A stretch of 64,000 nt of DNA from Dicyema japonicum (GCA_011109175.1 RDEW01000007.1:1560236-1624235); one strand, 5' to 3'; shown: positions 25,690 to 39,352, counted from the first letter of the stretch. Notes: generated by a model from the sequence alone, not told the origin. Made by a program: numbers and translations.

Positions 25690-26110
25690 GTGAATTGTCC
25701 ATTACCCACTGACTCCGAAGCAAGTTAAATCCTTCCCGTCGCTTGTGCCACTCCCTGATGATCCGGTCTGTTAGATTCCCCCACGATCTTCTTGAAATTG
25801 CGATTTTTGGCAGTTGTCTAGATCACCTGCGTCTTCTAATGCCATGTTAACATGTTTTAGATCGATTTTCATTATTGATGGCAAAGTTGTTCGTGATTTC
25901 CTTCTAAAAGCCCATGAGCGGATGAATTATAATTCCATAATATCGTATGCAGGAACGGCATGATTCATCCGTAATATGTGTCCAAATAATCCCCATAGGG
26001 TGCTAGTAATAATTGTATCCAAGTGCTTCGATTTACAAACTGTGTATATGTCTTGGTTTTTGATAAGTACGGTTTCTCCAGGGAATGTTTTAGACATACG
26101 TGCAATTGAG
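25690..26110 (-). mobile_element. RTE-clade LINE 3' fragment
   Basis: LFGHILRMNHAVPAYDIM is homologous to LFGHVLRMNPDAPANKAM in the 6528-7150 copy. Confidence 0.7.
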
Positions 26111-26169
26111 GGACGTAACCACCTAAGAGAAACGAACTCAAAAAGTCTGCCGATTAACTACTGAGGATA

Positions 26170-26547
26170 AGCTTAGACTGAAGACAATGAACTAAAAAAC
26201 AAGAAGATCAAAGCACAAAAATCGAGATGGAAGCATGTGTTCTCTTTGTTGAATAGAAATAGACCCACTACTGAAATTTGGAAGACCATTCGAGAAGTCT
26301 CAAAAAAGGATGAAAGATCATCTGATATGGATCACAGCCAAAATGACTTAAATAATCTAATAAAAAATTATGTGAAAAAATCTCATAAGGACCATAAGAA
26401 GTCGGATGTCCCCCCGATATATCTCAGTAAACCGAAAAAGGAACCGGACACGATTTACTTCACTGAAAACGACGTGAGAAATGTATTGAAAGCCATTAAA
26501 ACAACTAATTCTAACGGACCAGGATTAGATCAATGATCCTCCTAAAG
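26170..26547 (+). mobile_element. LINE pre-RT linker fragment, cut by the hAT insertion
   Basis: EIWKTIREVSKK...YFTENDVRNVLKAIKTTNSNGP...SMILLK; homologous to ORF 27760-28494. Confidence 0.75.
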
Positions 26548-26880
26548 CAGTGGTTCTCAACCTTTTTTGGTCGCGGACCCCTTGTGAGTGAATAAAAAAA
26601 TTCGCAGACCCCCCAACATATTTTTAAATACTCTGATGTCATTATCAATATTCAGTCTTGCACGATGAGTATTTTTTATATTGAGAAGTGCTGAAAAGCC
26701 ATGTTCCCATAAATACGTTGTCGGAAAAATAAGCAACAAACAAATTTAATGCATGAGGATGACATGTGTGCAAGTGTCTTACAAGAGTTGTCGGTTTCAT
26801 ACTATTGTGTAGCAGAATTTTCATATAATAATTGAGTTACTTTCAGCTTTAAAGTAATTTAGGCTCCTCAGTATTATTAA
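26548..26880 (-). mobile_element. hAT (Buster/Charlie) internally deleted derivative with one intact TIR
   Basis: TIR cagtggttctcaacctttttt at 26548. C-terminal FPTTYLWEHGFSALLNIKNTHRARLNI is joined directly to BED-finger-like SMKPTTLVRHLHTCH. The preceding 8-mer TCCTAAAG has a central TA. Confidence 0.85.
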
Positions 26881-26884
26881 ATAT

Positions 26885-28520
26885 TAAAATATATTTTTTT
26901 AACCCAAGACCACGGTAAAACAAAACTAATTATCACGTGATCCCGATGCATTCTAACAGAGACCTCATCTTTGCCCGTGTTCTTCCTTCGTGCCCGAGCA
27001 TGAACGTACAGGACGGCTGCCTGAATTTTCAGGGCCAACTTCCCGTGATCTGGAGTCTAGTCTCATAAGGGCCTCCAGAGGCATAGGTACGGATCGATGA
27101 TCTTCACAAATCAAACGCTCCGTTACTCTGTAAGCCCTCTTTTGCATTTCCTCAATTTTCCTCATATTTGTCCAAGATATGGACGGACCCCACGAGGCGC
27201 ATGCATATGAGAAACATGGCTCGATGTATTGTTTGTATACGTTCATCAAGACTGGGTGAGTACCACTTCTTCCATATTCTCGCATTTCAATAGAATGTTT
27301 TCTACGTGTGGTGTCAAACAGAGATGCATATCAATTGTCACACCCAAGATCCTTTGACATCTGTTGAAAGGGATGCCGACCTTGTTTAACTTCAAGGTGA
27401 CTGTCTTCCTTCCCAATCTTTTGTCAGAGGTAAATAGTGACGTAGACGACTTCTCTGCATTCACCACGAGCCGGTTTTTCATTATCCAGGCATTAAGCCT
27501 GTCCAGGTTAATTTGTATTCTTTCTGTGGCCTCTGGATGTCCTGATCTCGTGAAGCCAACACAATATCATCCGCATAGGAAAGTAGAACATCATTATCAG
27601 ATTCAAGACTCGGGATATCATCCAGAAAGAGGTTAAACAGAGCAGGGGATAAATGCGATCCTTGAGGGACTCCGTTTGGGAGGAGCCGTGAGATTGATTT
27701 CAGACCTCCGAGGCAAACACGTCTACTTCGTCCACTTAGGAAGTTAATAATCCAAAGCTTTAGCTTCCCTGGGATTCTCGATTGAAATATTTTTCTCGAA
27801 AGAATTTTCCTCGAGACTGAGTCAAACGCTTATGTATGTCGATCGAGCAGAGCACTGTTTTAAAGTGTCTCGGCTTGGTTGTGAATCCGACTCGAATAAA
27901 TTTGGTCAAAGTTTGCAAGTATGTAGACGTGGATCCCTCATTTTTGAATCCATTTTGAAAAGTCTTTTCTGGTAAAAATTCTTTGATTCTCCCGAGCACA
28001 GGCCTCTCCAGAATTTTTGACATTGAACATAGCAGTGACACCGGTCTAAAAGACGCTAAATCATCTCTCGGTCTTCCTGGTTTCATTAGTGGCCGTATTA
28101 GAACCAGTTTCCATAACAACGGTATCACATTCTGATTAATTGAATAGTTGAATATCGACGTTAGAAAAGTGACTCCTCCGTCTTTAAGATTTTTTAATAA
28201 GATAACAGGAATGTTAGAATATGTCGTTTTTACGGAATGTAATGCATCCCTCACCTCTCTTTCCGAAAAGTAGAGTGGTTCTGATATTCTCTTTAGTTTC
28301 CTGCGTGATGGTAGTGTATCAGCCTTCATGTGCATCTTGTGTGAAATTTTAGTGTAGAATTTTATTAAGTTGTTAACATCACTTTGAACATGATCCTCTT
28401 CTGTTGAAACTTCATCGTTTTTTGCCACATTTCGAATAGCTTTCCACACCTCCCGTAGTGCGATTTCTATCACCATTGTAACACACGATTCCACTTAACC
28501 TCTGGGCCTTGAGCTCTTTC
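26885..28520 (-). mobile_element. LINE family C, 5'-truncated, with RT and complete 3' end
   Basis: FRPVSLLCSMSKILER, FQNGFK, CSIDIHK, VPQG-like and YADD-like motifs, YKQYIEPCFSYACASWG. 3' end gggatcacgtgataattagttttgttttaccgtggtcttggg followed by an A tail. Confidence 0.92.
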
Positions 28521-28639
28521 GCCTTTATTTAATTATTCAATGTTCTGATCCGGAGTTTCATATCCAAGGTTATCCGGTTAGATTTTTAAGCCAATTTCTT
28601 TCTTTAATCAAGCCGTTTTCCCTCGACCACTCGACGAAT

Positions 28640-29290
28640 TTAAGTATTGTTTGGGTATAGCCCTTGATCTTGCTTCCAAGATTATTTGGATAAAGTAGCT
28701 GATGGCATTCTCCAAAGACATCAGACAAGAGACATCAGACCTATTTACATCAGACAAGAGACTGGGAAGACGGACGGTCGATCTGAAGACAAATGGAGTT
28801 ATCCCTTTTAGAAGATCTCAAAGGATCCTTGGGATGACTTTTGACATGTACATGTTGAAAACGTTATAATAAAATGCGAAAAAAACTAATGTCTTGAAAT
28901 GTCTCACAGGCTTATGGAAGTACGGAAATCATCCTATTTTGTGTACTATATACAAAAAATACATTGAACCATGCATCTCTTATGCATGTGATATCTGAGG
29001 TCTATTGATCTCTTGGACAAATGTTTTGAAGATCGAGGCTAGCAGAAAAAGAGCCTCCAAAATCACGGAACGCTGGATTTCTGGAGAGTTCCAACCACCA
29101 ATGCCTTTTGAAGCCATGATGCGAATAAACCATGGAACGTGCCGTCATGACTGCGAAGATCCAGTTATTTGGCCGATACGTGTGTATGTGAGGTCGAGGG
29201 GGGAGCATCGGGCCAAGATGAGGTCCCTGTTGGAGCGTGCTAGGATCACGTGATTTGTTAGTTTGTGTAACCGTGGTCTTTGGTGTTATC
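28640..29290 (+). mobile_element. LINE family C 3' fragment
   Basis: YKKYIEPCISYAC...ISWTNVLKIE; ends ggatcacgtgatttgttagtttgtgtaaccgtggtctttggtgtta. Confidence 0.8.
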
Positions 29291-29599
29291 CGCGGATCGA
29301 CCCCGTCTTCGACTCGCAACATAATAGAAACTGAGATCACATGCATGTAGATCTGACAGATGATACTCTGAGTTCTTTAAAATTTATGCCAGTCAAATTC
29401 GAATTCAGTTCCTTGTGCATCCTCCGCTTTCTTGGTTTAGAACTTCAGGTTTCCGGTATTTTCTGAGTCCGTCATCTCGAAAAAAATACAAGGATTTTCA
29501 CCCATTATGAAGCCACGTAGATATTCCGAGCGATTGACGCACGTTAGTGAACTGTAACTTGCGGTAAGGATCTTCAGAGTAGACCAGTATGCTTCGTTC

Positions 29600-29870
29600 G
29601 GGTGGATTGGGAGTATTCATGTGGCTAATTGGTTGAAAATTTCTCTTCCTTCCCTCTGATATGTCATTGGATCCACCTTACTCAGGAGACGCCCAATGCC
29701 TGGACGACAATCAAAAAGGATCCAACCATTCATTCCCTGGAGACAATTTCGTTCCCTGATAACGAGTTCTGTAATCGACCTCATCTCCTTGACAACGCTC
29801 TCTGGATTACTGTGCTTGGCTGAAAGTTATGCTTGGACGTGTTAAGATCAAAGAATTAGATAGTTTTTTG
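29600..29870 (+). mobile_element. SINE family D copy
   Basis: gtggctaattggttgaa head remnant and core at 29661-29723; homologous to 53070-53250 and 56090-56320. Confidence 0.75.
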
Positions 29871-30559
29871 GAATAATTTTATTTATTACAGTCTGACCTC
29901 GATTTGGAACACCAAGCGTTAAAAAAACGAGGTTGTTCAAAAATCTAGGTTTTAAAACTTTATGAAATTATATATTAAAAAAATTAACAAATTGTAATTT
30001 TTAACATTATATTTATAAAAATTTCTCTTTCTCGAGAATTTTTTAAAAATAACAGCGTCTCAATAAAAAAACACTTAACTACTAGAAATTACTTTCAGTT
30101 GGAATTGAAAACCCAACTCAATAAGTTAGAAAACCCAACTCCTTTCTGTAATATCTTACTTCCTTCTTGCGATAGGCTATCCAATGCGGTTCTGCAGTGT
30201 CAGTGATCTGCTTCCAGGATGAACAAACAAATTCTTCAGTATGTTTGACTTCAAACGGCAGGATTTATCAGGCTGATCGGGCAGCTTGCAGGACTGCGGA
30301 AGAAAAATCCTAGAATGACACGAAACTTATTTGCTTCGATAATTGAAAGAATTAGACTCAAAAATTTAGATGCCCTAATTAAAAATAAAATTTCAAAAAT
30401 ACAGTTTTTAACGAATAAACTAAAAATTTGGAAATTACACGTGTTCAATATTTTATTTTTATTAAAATAATTAATTAAAAGTAAAAATAGCATTTATGGC
30501 AAATAAAACGAATTATGGCATTTTATATCAAAATGGCATCTATAACTTTTCGGACTGTA

Positions 30560-30830
30560 TTAGTTCCCACGGTCGCAGATAGACAAGTCCTTCCAACCAC
30601 ACAAATCCGTCCAGAACCATAGTTACGGTAACCACTCCAAGGATTGATCAGCGATGTGGGTGAAAGAAAATGATCCTTTATGATGCAGCCTTAGCACTAG
30701 GCGCCTCCCTTGACTGGTGGATCGGATGACGTCAAGGTACCGAAAGAATGAGGAGAATGAACTGAGCAAAAGACGATAGACCCTCGATCAAATAATCGAC
30801 GGGGAAATCGAGCCCACGGACCACTTCTAA
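30560..30830 (-). mobile_element. SINE with A/D-type core, B-box-like head and A-like body
   Basis: Minus strand: gggctcgatttcccc (B-box-like), then gacgtcatccgatccacc...gcatcataaaggatc. Confidence 0.55.
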
Positions 30831-30930
30831 GAAAAAAATAATTTCAGGAGCTAAAGGAAGACCTAAATATTTAATATGTCGTTAGAGTTTAAAAGAGGTG
30901 AAATAAAACTCAATTAGTAACCCGAATTAT

Positions 30931-32193
30931 TTATTTTTTCCCAAAGCTACTCCAGAATAATGTCCCAAATACTATGACGATCCCCACTCCAGAGAAGACG
31001 TTGATTGGATGATTAAATAGAAGACATGAAAGGAGAATTGATATAGCCTGTCTTGCGGTGGTGATCATAGAAAACGACCTAGGACCCAGCTAAGGGATAT
31101 ACAAAATGACCAACCTTCTTGATCGTATGAAAAATAAAAAACTGTCCACCAAGCCCTGAGGCAGCCAAAATACAAACATCACGTGCAATGTACTCATGCT
31201 GAAGGACAAAGTTCACAGAATTTCTAATCTCCATGGTTGCAGTCATTTGTAGCAGAGTTAACATTAATGAGAAAAAGTTGACCCCCGCCTGTAAAGTTAG
31301 GCAACAAACAACCATCATTTGAAGACTGGAGACTTGATGTGAGTCAAAAATTTGCTTCTGCCAGTTTGAATTGAACGAATCAAAAGTCAAATAAAGGATT
31401 AACAACACGAACCCCCAATCTCAGTTGAATTCCCGCGCCTTGATACCACATTCGTATTCGTTAAATAAATGAACATCTAACTGAGTTAACACAGAACAAC
31501 CCCCAAGACAAATAAGAGTGCTTCAATGTACTGCTTCGTTGAATAACTGTTTGTGTTCATTAATTGGCCCATAATCATGGTGGGGATTACTTTACACGAC
31601 TTTGCGAGAACTTGAAGAGGGAATATCACATATTTCAACGACTCATACTGGGAGAAGGAACTGACGATATTGCATAGCGATGAAATTGAATATTTATACA
31701 CCTGACAGTCCCCCTTCCGATATCGCCAATTTATTAAAGTGTAGAGGCCTCCGAATATAAGAGGACAGATTCTGTTGACAAATATTAGGAATTGGACATC
31801 TTCAAACATTTCCCTAACTTGTTCATTGCTGTGCTTCTTGGCATATTTTTCAGTCATAATCTTTTCCTGCATAAACCCCCAGAGGACATAGAAAATCTAA
31901 AGTATAACACCGTCACTACAATTAGGCCGGACGAACAGAAAATGAAGTCTCTGGAGGATCCCTTCTGCTTATTTTCTGATTTTGAAACCTCACACGTTTC
32001 TATTAAAATAGGTTTCTCAAACTCGCTTGTTAAATATTTAATACAACTAAATCCTAGACAAAATGATCGCTCATATACTTTGTAAGTTGTATTTTTTGGC
32101 CAAATTTGAGAGAAAAAACAGAGGTGACAAAAATACAAGATAATATAATATTTTCGTCAACAAATTGAGTAACGAAAGTATTGAGGAATCCAT
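30931..32193 (-). CDS. SLC35B2: PAPS transporter 1 (nucleotide-sugar transporter family), multi-exon
   Basis: FYVLWGFMQEKIMT, YKYSISSLCNIVSSFSQYESLKYVIFPLQVLAKSCKVIPTMIMG, DSFNSNWQ, GQFFIFHTI and ITTARQAISILLSCLLF match SLC35B2. Introns are 23-25 nt. Confidence 0.92.
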
Positions 32194-32539
32194 CGAATAT
32201 CTATTATATTTTATATATTTTTATTTAATAAATAAATTTTTATATTCATTTAAATATACTAAATATACTCGTAATTTTGATCTATTTAATATAGTTTCCT
32301 GTATTATACTTTTTATATTATTGATTAGGGTATACCATCCAAGCATACGAGGAGTCTGGATGGGGAAGAGAAAATGGTTTTTTTGGTGTTATTCGACACT
32401 GAGCGCCACCATAAAAGGTGAACGGCACGTTAACAAGAATTTCACTAATCAATAATATTGAATTATAGCGCTAAGCGATAATTTCCATATTGACTTCATT
32501 GACTATTTCCCATCCTTTCTTGTATTCCTCTTCTTACTT

Positions 32540-33260
32540 TTTTCTATCTTGTTTAATAATACGGATGAACTTCTGGAAAGGTCCTCTCTCCAATACTTCG
32601 GGAATTCCTAATCTGCATTAACTGAGAAGCGGCCCGTGCGATTATGAGCATGCAGTTATACGGCCAAAATGTAGATCGCTTGGTCCCAATGTTATCGCAG
32701 TACTATGTGGCTACTTGATTGAAGATTTATGTTTGTTTAGTCTCTTCCACCTCTCCACTTTTCTGCTAGAGTGGTGCCCAGTGCAAGGATGACACGAGAA
32801 AAGGATCATTTGCTCTTCCCCACTACAGAAGAAGGGTTTACACAATCGCTAAGAATGGACGTCTTTTGTATTTATGCTGGTTCTAAATAGATTTTTGTGA
32901 CGTCGAAGGACTGTGTTTGTGACAGTGGGAACTGGATACAATTTTATTAGTTGCTAACTTTCTGTGTATTTGGAGTTAATGACAATAATCGATGAAAGGC
33001 CTCGTGCGATTATGAGTATCCAGTTGTACGGCCAATATGTGCTTGTGTGGGGAGGAACATCGTGCCAGGTTGAAGTCTCTGTTGGAGCGGCCCGGGATCA
33101 CGTGAGTAGTTTAGTGCTTCCGTTGTCTTTGAAATTTTTAATTTCAAAGTGGCATCATGTGATTCACTTGTCTTAGGTGGAATCTAGTGCCAGGGTATCA
33201 CGAAAAAGGATCATTTCCTCCCCGTCATTCCACTGGAGGGGTTCCCACAACTCGAAATAC
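32540..33260 (+). mobile_element. Cluster of alternating LINE family C 3' fragments (~32540-32700, ~32960-33125) and SINE A fragments (~32740-32950, ~33145-33260)
   Basis: cgtgcgattatgag..cagtt.tacggccaa occurs twice, gggatcacgtgagtagtttag once, and aaaaggatcattt...ggaggggttcccacaac (family A) twice. Confidence 0.7.
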
Positions 33261-33923
33261 TAGACTTTTTCCCTTGCTTTTGGTTCGGAATGGACTTGTG
33301 TGATATTATAAGGACTTTTCTTCTGCGACCGTGGAAGAAGATAATCCAATATGGAAGCCAAAATTAGGACGAGACTGAAAAATGACTCCACGAAACCGTT
33401 TGTCGAAAAATATGATATCCAGTTTGATAATAATATGCATAACGGGGATATAGAAACTGGAAACACGGATACACTGGTTAAAGAAACGCTGGATTTTCTC
33501 TATAATTTAAATAAGAAATTTGTCTGCTTATCACCCGATAAGCTCAAGGATCAAGATAACCAATTATTTTCCTAAAATTAAGTTTTGAAGTTTAGTTGAG
33601 ATTTTTCTTAGATAATACGAAAACACCTTTTTGGGGCCTCCTGGTTTATGGTCCCCAATGGAGTTTAGACATATAAAATATGTTTGTTAATTACAGCGGC
33701 AGTTCCTATCATATATGCTTGTACCTCACGGATGTTCGTACTTTCTGCGTCGACATTTTCCAAAATTGTTACACGAGAAAACTACGCTTTTTGCAAGGGA
33801 GATAAGGGTAACTGAGATCACCTAACTAGTTCAGTTACCATTACCTTCTTTTGGGTGTTTCCCTGAGTTATGTAAATAAAATAAGGACAGGAGAACAAAA
33901 ATAAAAAAAGTAAATCAATAAAG

Positions 33924-36900
33924 TCAGTGGTTTAATTTGCATTGAAGGTATGCGATCTCATATAGTAGTTCCTGTTCTATCCAAACGGCAGTCTTATTTT
34001 GTATTTCATGAGCATTCATTTTAAAACACTCCCCCAAATCAGTCCTCTTCCAGTACACATAGGCAAGATCACAAAATAAAGTCTTCAAATTACGAGCATC
34101 AATTGACACAACTATTATAACAATAATATAGTAACCCACAACGTAGAGAGAATTACCCTCTACTGGAATAAACTTGACAGTCATACATTGCTGAATTAAG
34201 TTGGGCCGGATTCTACCATTTATTCTGTCCACAGTAAGTCTGTATGAATCCCTTCTTTGTCTATTGTTACAATTAGTCCCCTTCACAACTCCCCCACTGT
34301 CAACTCCAAAGTAAATATTGCAAAATTTCCCAGAATTCAAGAAAGAGACAAACACACAGTCCAGACTAGAAAAGTCATAGGCAAGGACGTCTTCAAAGTC
34401 AATCAAATGAGTTACTCCATTATTACGAAGACCAGTTGTATTACCTAAATACATAGCCAATCCTTACCTAATGATAAACTTTCTATATTCTCACTCATAT
34501 TTCTCGTCCCCAAAAACTCACTCAATTTACTCCTATCTGCATTATCAATCGGTGCTGCCAAAGGCTCAATCAGTTTAGGGATTTCTGTTTATTTAATAAT
34601 ATACCTTTTACAACAACACTTCTACTTTCCTCAATATTTGGATTTCTGGGTTTGTCACGAACATCCTCGTTGATCTTCACGGAATGGAGAGACTTATCAC
34701 ATATCTTCTTTATAGTAGAAATTATCATATTTTTTATCTCCAAATCATCAATCTGATCCTCACAGGCAGTGGTAACACAGTTAGAAATGTCAGCCTTAAC
34801 ATAATCATTCCCACGTGTACATACAAACTCTACACTTAATAGTAAACATACTTTTAATGGAGGGAAACATATTTATTATTGAACAGCATTTCAACTGCTG
34901 TCTCTCTTTGATTAATAACCGTAAAATAGGCATAAAGGCCACCCCAAGGTTATTCACATTCCCTGTAAAATTATGGAAGAGCAGTTCAACGAAATTATGG
35001 AGGGGACCCGTTGACCACTCAAAGAGATCAGCTATATTGTCCACACATTTCACTAGACATGACAGTAGCTCACAGCTGTGAGGCCGACTGTGCACACCTG
35101 ACATTAATATAACAATAAACCATATATTCTACACTCAGTTGCCAATGGTGGATGCTCCTTCAGATCATTAGAACATTCAAATAACGATGATAAGGGGACA
35201 TTCTCATAGTCTCCCTCATCAATTTTATAAACCTTGACCATTTCACTGTAATACTCAACAATCTATGGTAAACAAACAAATAAACCTTAACACGTGAATA
35301 TCTATCACTTTCCTGCAAATATAAGTAAATGCTCTCAGATTAATATGCTTAGGTCTTTGTAAGGATTGAACCTCAGCAAGCATATTATCTAAATCACTAG
35401 CTCTCCCATCCTGTAACTCACACACAATGGCTGTGCTTGATATAACTTTTAATAGTCTGACAGACAGAGTTGTAACATTATTACTACACTCACTGATACA
35501 CCAGTGTGTCTCCCCGTTTACTAGCATTTCACACAGTTTTACATCACTGGGTGAAAATATGTCTAAATAAATACATTTTCTGACCAATAACGTCCTCAGG
35601 GGACACATGTGCTTTGTAAATTGTCCCAATATTCAATTTATCCGCTAGTTTGGAGCAACTTGTGTCAAAAATACATGCATTATTGGGCAGCATCAGACAT
35701 TCAAACACATCCACTCCCCCAAATTTGGAGAAAGAGTCCTTGCAAGTTCTACAATTCTCAAGATTTCCCCAATATAGTCCATAATGGAAGACATGTATTC
35801 CAATTTCATCGGTTGGTGGTAAATTATGAATAGTTTGATGTACCGCAAGTACAAACTCATAACACACTCACACAAAGTAGAATGATGAAGATAGACAGTC
35901 TTGTCTATAACCGATTCCTTGAATAAGTATATAATTAACCAAATTCAAACAAAGTGAATCAAAGTCTAGTGATTGTTGCCTGAATTGAGAAATAACTTGA
36001 CTATGTTGGGGAAGGGGAGTAGTTAAGTAAGTAATAAAGTCCCGGAGTTGATGGCCGAATCGTTTATCAATGATGGAGTCTAATTCGTCAAACAAATCCT
36101 TTATTTTATTATTATCGGGGTAATTGTCGTACAAAGAGACGACCAGTCTACCAAAAGACTGGAGAAAGGGGGTTGGCTTGGATGAATGATAAGCCACAGC
36201 CAAGTAGTTATTGATAAACCGAAAGTCCCCAATGCACTGAATGTTTAAGCAAACTAACCTCGTTATTACTACAAAGTGAAAGACAGTCCAAACAGCACTC
36301 AATAATCTCACATCTCACGGGTGTCATTGAAATGCCTCCAATAAGTTAAAATACTACCACAAAGTCGATACATTTTAGAATTTGTCGGAAAATTCAAATA
36401 TTTGTTAGTCAATTCGTAGCAATTTGAGAGTTTTACAGAACCAGTGAGTCCATAATCCACGAACCATACATAAAGTGACTCTCCGTCTATTCGAATAATC
36501 TGAATAATATCAAATATAACCACTGCACGTGCTGGCCCCTTAGAATCAAGATGGAGAATAAGATTGCCGAGTTGTGGGGAAGAATGCAAAGGTTTGAGGC
36601 AACAGGTGTCAATTTTGGAAAGGATGTGGAGGTTGTACTCATTAAGAGACTTTTTAGAAGGGTCATCGTCAAGTACTATTATTCGATCATACGATTCCAC
36701 CGATGTGATCTTTCCAATAATTTGATTCCCAGTCTCATTGGAGTAGCCTGTTGGGTTAGGCCAGATTGCTCCACTTTCAATGATGACGTCATTGAAACAC
36801 TTTCCATTAATGTGTACTATTATGACTATAACAAATACTAATGACTTCTGAAGTATTTTTTACGCTTGAGTGAATTTCAATAGATTTGTTGGAAAGTTGT

Positions 36901-37256
36901 GAATTTAGAAGAGTGGGGGAAGGGTAAGTGAACAGAAAAGACCACTCGCAGTCACATAATAGTAAAAGTGTGTCAAGTCCATTAAACTGCTCAAAGTAGT
37001 TCTCACAATTCTTGCACCTTAAATTATAATCATTGGATACTCTTTTAGTGAAGTTTCGATAAATTTAAGGAAATTATAAACGTAATCCAATTGAAACTGT
37101 TGGTCCACCTTTCTAGAGAGTATACAATATTTAAGATATCGGAGAATAAACTCAATAAGTAATTCGCAGTTTTCTATTTTGTGAGTATAATTTGATTGAA
37201 TCAAATCATTCACACTCTTCAATAATGATGTACGAATAAAGGAATGTTCTATTCAT
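33924..37256 (-). CDS. Multi-Tudor-domain protein (about three extended Tudor domains), multi-exon
   Basis: GPARAV/IIRIDGESLYVWFVDYGLTGSVKLSNCYEL..YLNFP; VKVYKIDEGDYENVPLSSLFEC..LKEHPPLATECRI; FCNIYFGVDSG. Exon structure only partly resolved; start codon tentative. Confidence 0.7.
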
Positions 37257-37369
37257 CACAAAACTGATTTTTAATAAATTATTAAATATAATAAAAATAA
37301 TGTATTATTTAGAATAATTACGTTATTCCTATAGAAAATCAGTGATATTCAGTCCCTATCAGCTACAAC

Positions 37370-37660
37370 TATCGGCAAGCTCGTGAGAACAGTCAGTCTC
37401 ACATCCACCTCTCTGGAAGACCTTATCGGACAAAATGGGGAAGGGATTCGCCGCTCTGTGCCGAAAATCCAACTTCCTACAATGCTCCAATGGATTGGGT
37501 CTTACTAGAAGACTTTACATCACCACTCTTGCTTTTCTTTCAAAACCCTCCCGTCCTCAGAGAAGCTGTGTTGGATCTCGGAAGGTCCACCGGAAAAAGA
37601 TGAAGACCTGATGGAGGCGGCCGGGATCACCTAATTAGTTTAATACAATTAAATTAACTA
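37370..37660 (+). mobile_element. LINE 3' end related to family C
   Basis: Ends ggccgggatcacctaattagtttaatacaattaaattaa. Confidence 0.5.
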
Positions 37661-38029
37661 TTGGTGTTCTTGGGTTAAATAAAAAAATAGTAATGACGTG
37701 GAAAGGAATTGCAACAAAGTACCACAAGGGTTATCTGAAGCAGTTGGGGTAGATAGGAAGCTCCAGGCTTATCTACAGTCCACTGTGTTAAAGCGGACCC
37801 TAGAGAGCCTGACACTGGAGTATAGGAGGCAGAGCCCTGAGATGCTATATGGACAGAGAATTCAATTGGACAAGGCGCTCTCGGAGTTGTTTCAGCAACC
37901 AGAATCGAACCTGCCTGAGGAGGTTGGCGAACAGGCAGGCGAGGAAGGTTGTTGATTATTAAATATATTAACTTTTTTATTGTTTGTTAAATAAAGTGGG
38001 TTCGTTTAGAATAATTATAACTCTTTGAC

Positions 38030-38300
38030 CAAATCATCTGATGAAGATTGCATTATGAAAACTATTCTGCTAAAAATGAAGTGATGTCCGCGACGGTAGG
38101 ACGTGGGACAAAAATGGAAGAAGGCGGACCTACTTCCCCACCTCTCTTCGAACCGGAAGCCTGTAATTAAGTATTGGAAGATGAATTTTGTCGGCACAAG
38201 CAGATGTTCTCCCTTTGGTTCCTTTTTTGGATTAGTTAGTGATGACTGTTTGTGCTGGGCTTACATTGGTAAGCCTGGGTTAATAATAATAATGATAACT
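38030..38300 (+). mobile_element. SINE family B copy with (TAA)n tail
   Basis: aagtgatgtccgcgacggtaggacgtg...gcacaagcaga...gcttacattggtaagcctgggttaataataataat. Confidence 0.8.
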
Positions 38301-38774
38301 GAAAAGTAAACTGTTAGGGCAACTATGGAAGACTAGATCAGTAGTCAGTGTTGTCGCTCAAGTTGCGATTAACTGTGGGTCCAATTTTACTAGCTATCCA
38401 CAATAGATAGACATAATCATTGGACAGAAAGCGTCTTGCTTTCAGCTTGGAAACTGGATATACGATGATTAACTCTTAACCTCTTTCTGGTATATCAGGG
38501 GTTATTAAATAAGTAACTATGAAAGACCATAGGAAGATGCACAATAGCGGGAGTCGAGAAATCGATTGGTCGGATTTGCGACGAAGGTGTTCAAAAACAT
38601 CAACGATACTATTCATCGAACTGTCCTTTAATAATAATGAAGATAATTTGAAAATAATCGTCAAATAAATAAATCCGAGAAACTAAAAAAGAAGAATAAA
38701 AGTATTTATTTAGATAAAGGTTGAAATGAAATTTTTATACCACCTTCCAGCATCAAAATCAATATGAAATGAAA

Positions 38775-39200
38775 ATTTCTTAGACCACGGTAACACCAAA
38801 CTAACTACTCACGTAATCTCAGACACTCCAACAGAAACATCAACTTGGCACGATGTTCCTATTTCGAGCCCACACAAACGTCTCGCCCGTACGACTGGAT
38901 GCTCGTAGTCGAATGGGCCTTTTTGGTTATTATTATGCCCTGATACACATAGAGAAAGTTAACAGTTAACAACTAATTAACTGTTTCCAGTTTACACTGA
39001 CGCTGAAACAAAGTCCTTCCAATGTCACACAAGTCCATCCAGAACCAGCATAAAAGGCAAAAGACGTATATTCCTTTCAATTATGGAAACCCATCTAGTG
39101 GAGTGGGGGAGAGCAAATAATTATTTTCCACTCCAGCCCGACATGGACGCCAGATGATATTGATGGATCACATGATGCCACTATAGTAAAGCAAAAGAAG
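38775..39200 (-). mobile_element. LINE family C tail fragment (~38775-38900) next to a SINE A copy (~38965-39200)
   Basis: agaccacggtaacaccaaactaactactcacg; aactaattaactgtttccagttt...gtggagtgggggagagcaaat...ggatcacatgatgccac. Confidence 0.7.
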
Positions 39201-39352
39201 AAGAGGAATAAATAAAAGGAATTGAAATCTTAGACTAAGTGACGTGTTGAAGGTAATCGAATCTAACCCACAAATAGCAAAAATTATATAAAATATTTGA
39301 TTATTAAAAATTATTATTTAATTTGATATATATTTAAATAAATGAGTTAGTG

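Noticed and set aside
28715-28765. Local direct repeat acatcagacaagagac
   Set aside because: A small slippage-type duplication inside a decayed LINE; no independent significance.
38038-38070. CTGATGA...GAAA in a family B copy (hammerhead-like)
   Set aside because: The intervening 12 nt do not form stem II, and the homologous copy at ~5145 reads CTTGTGA.
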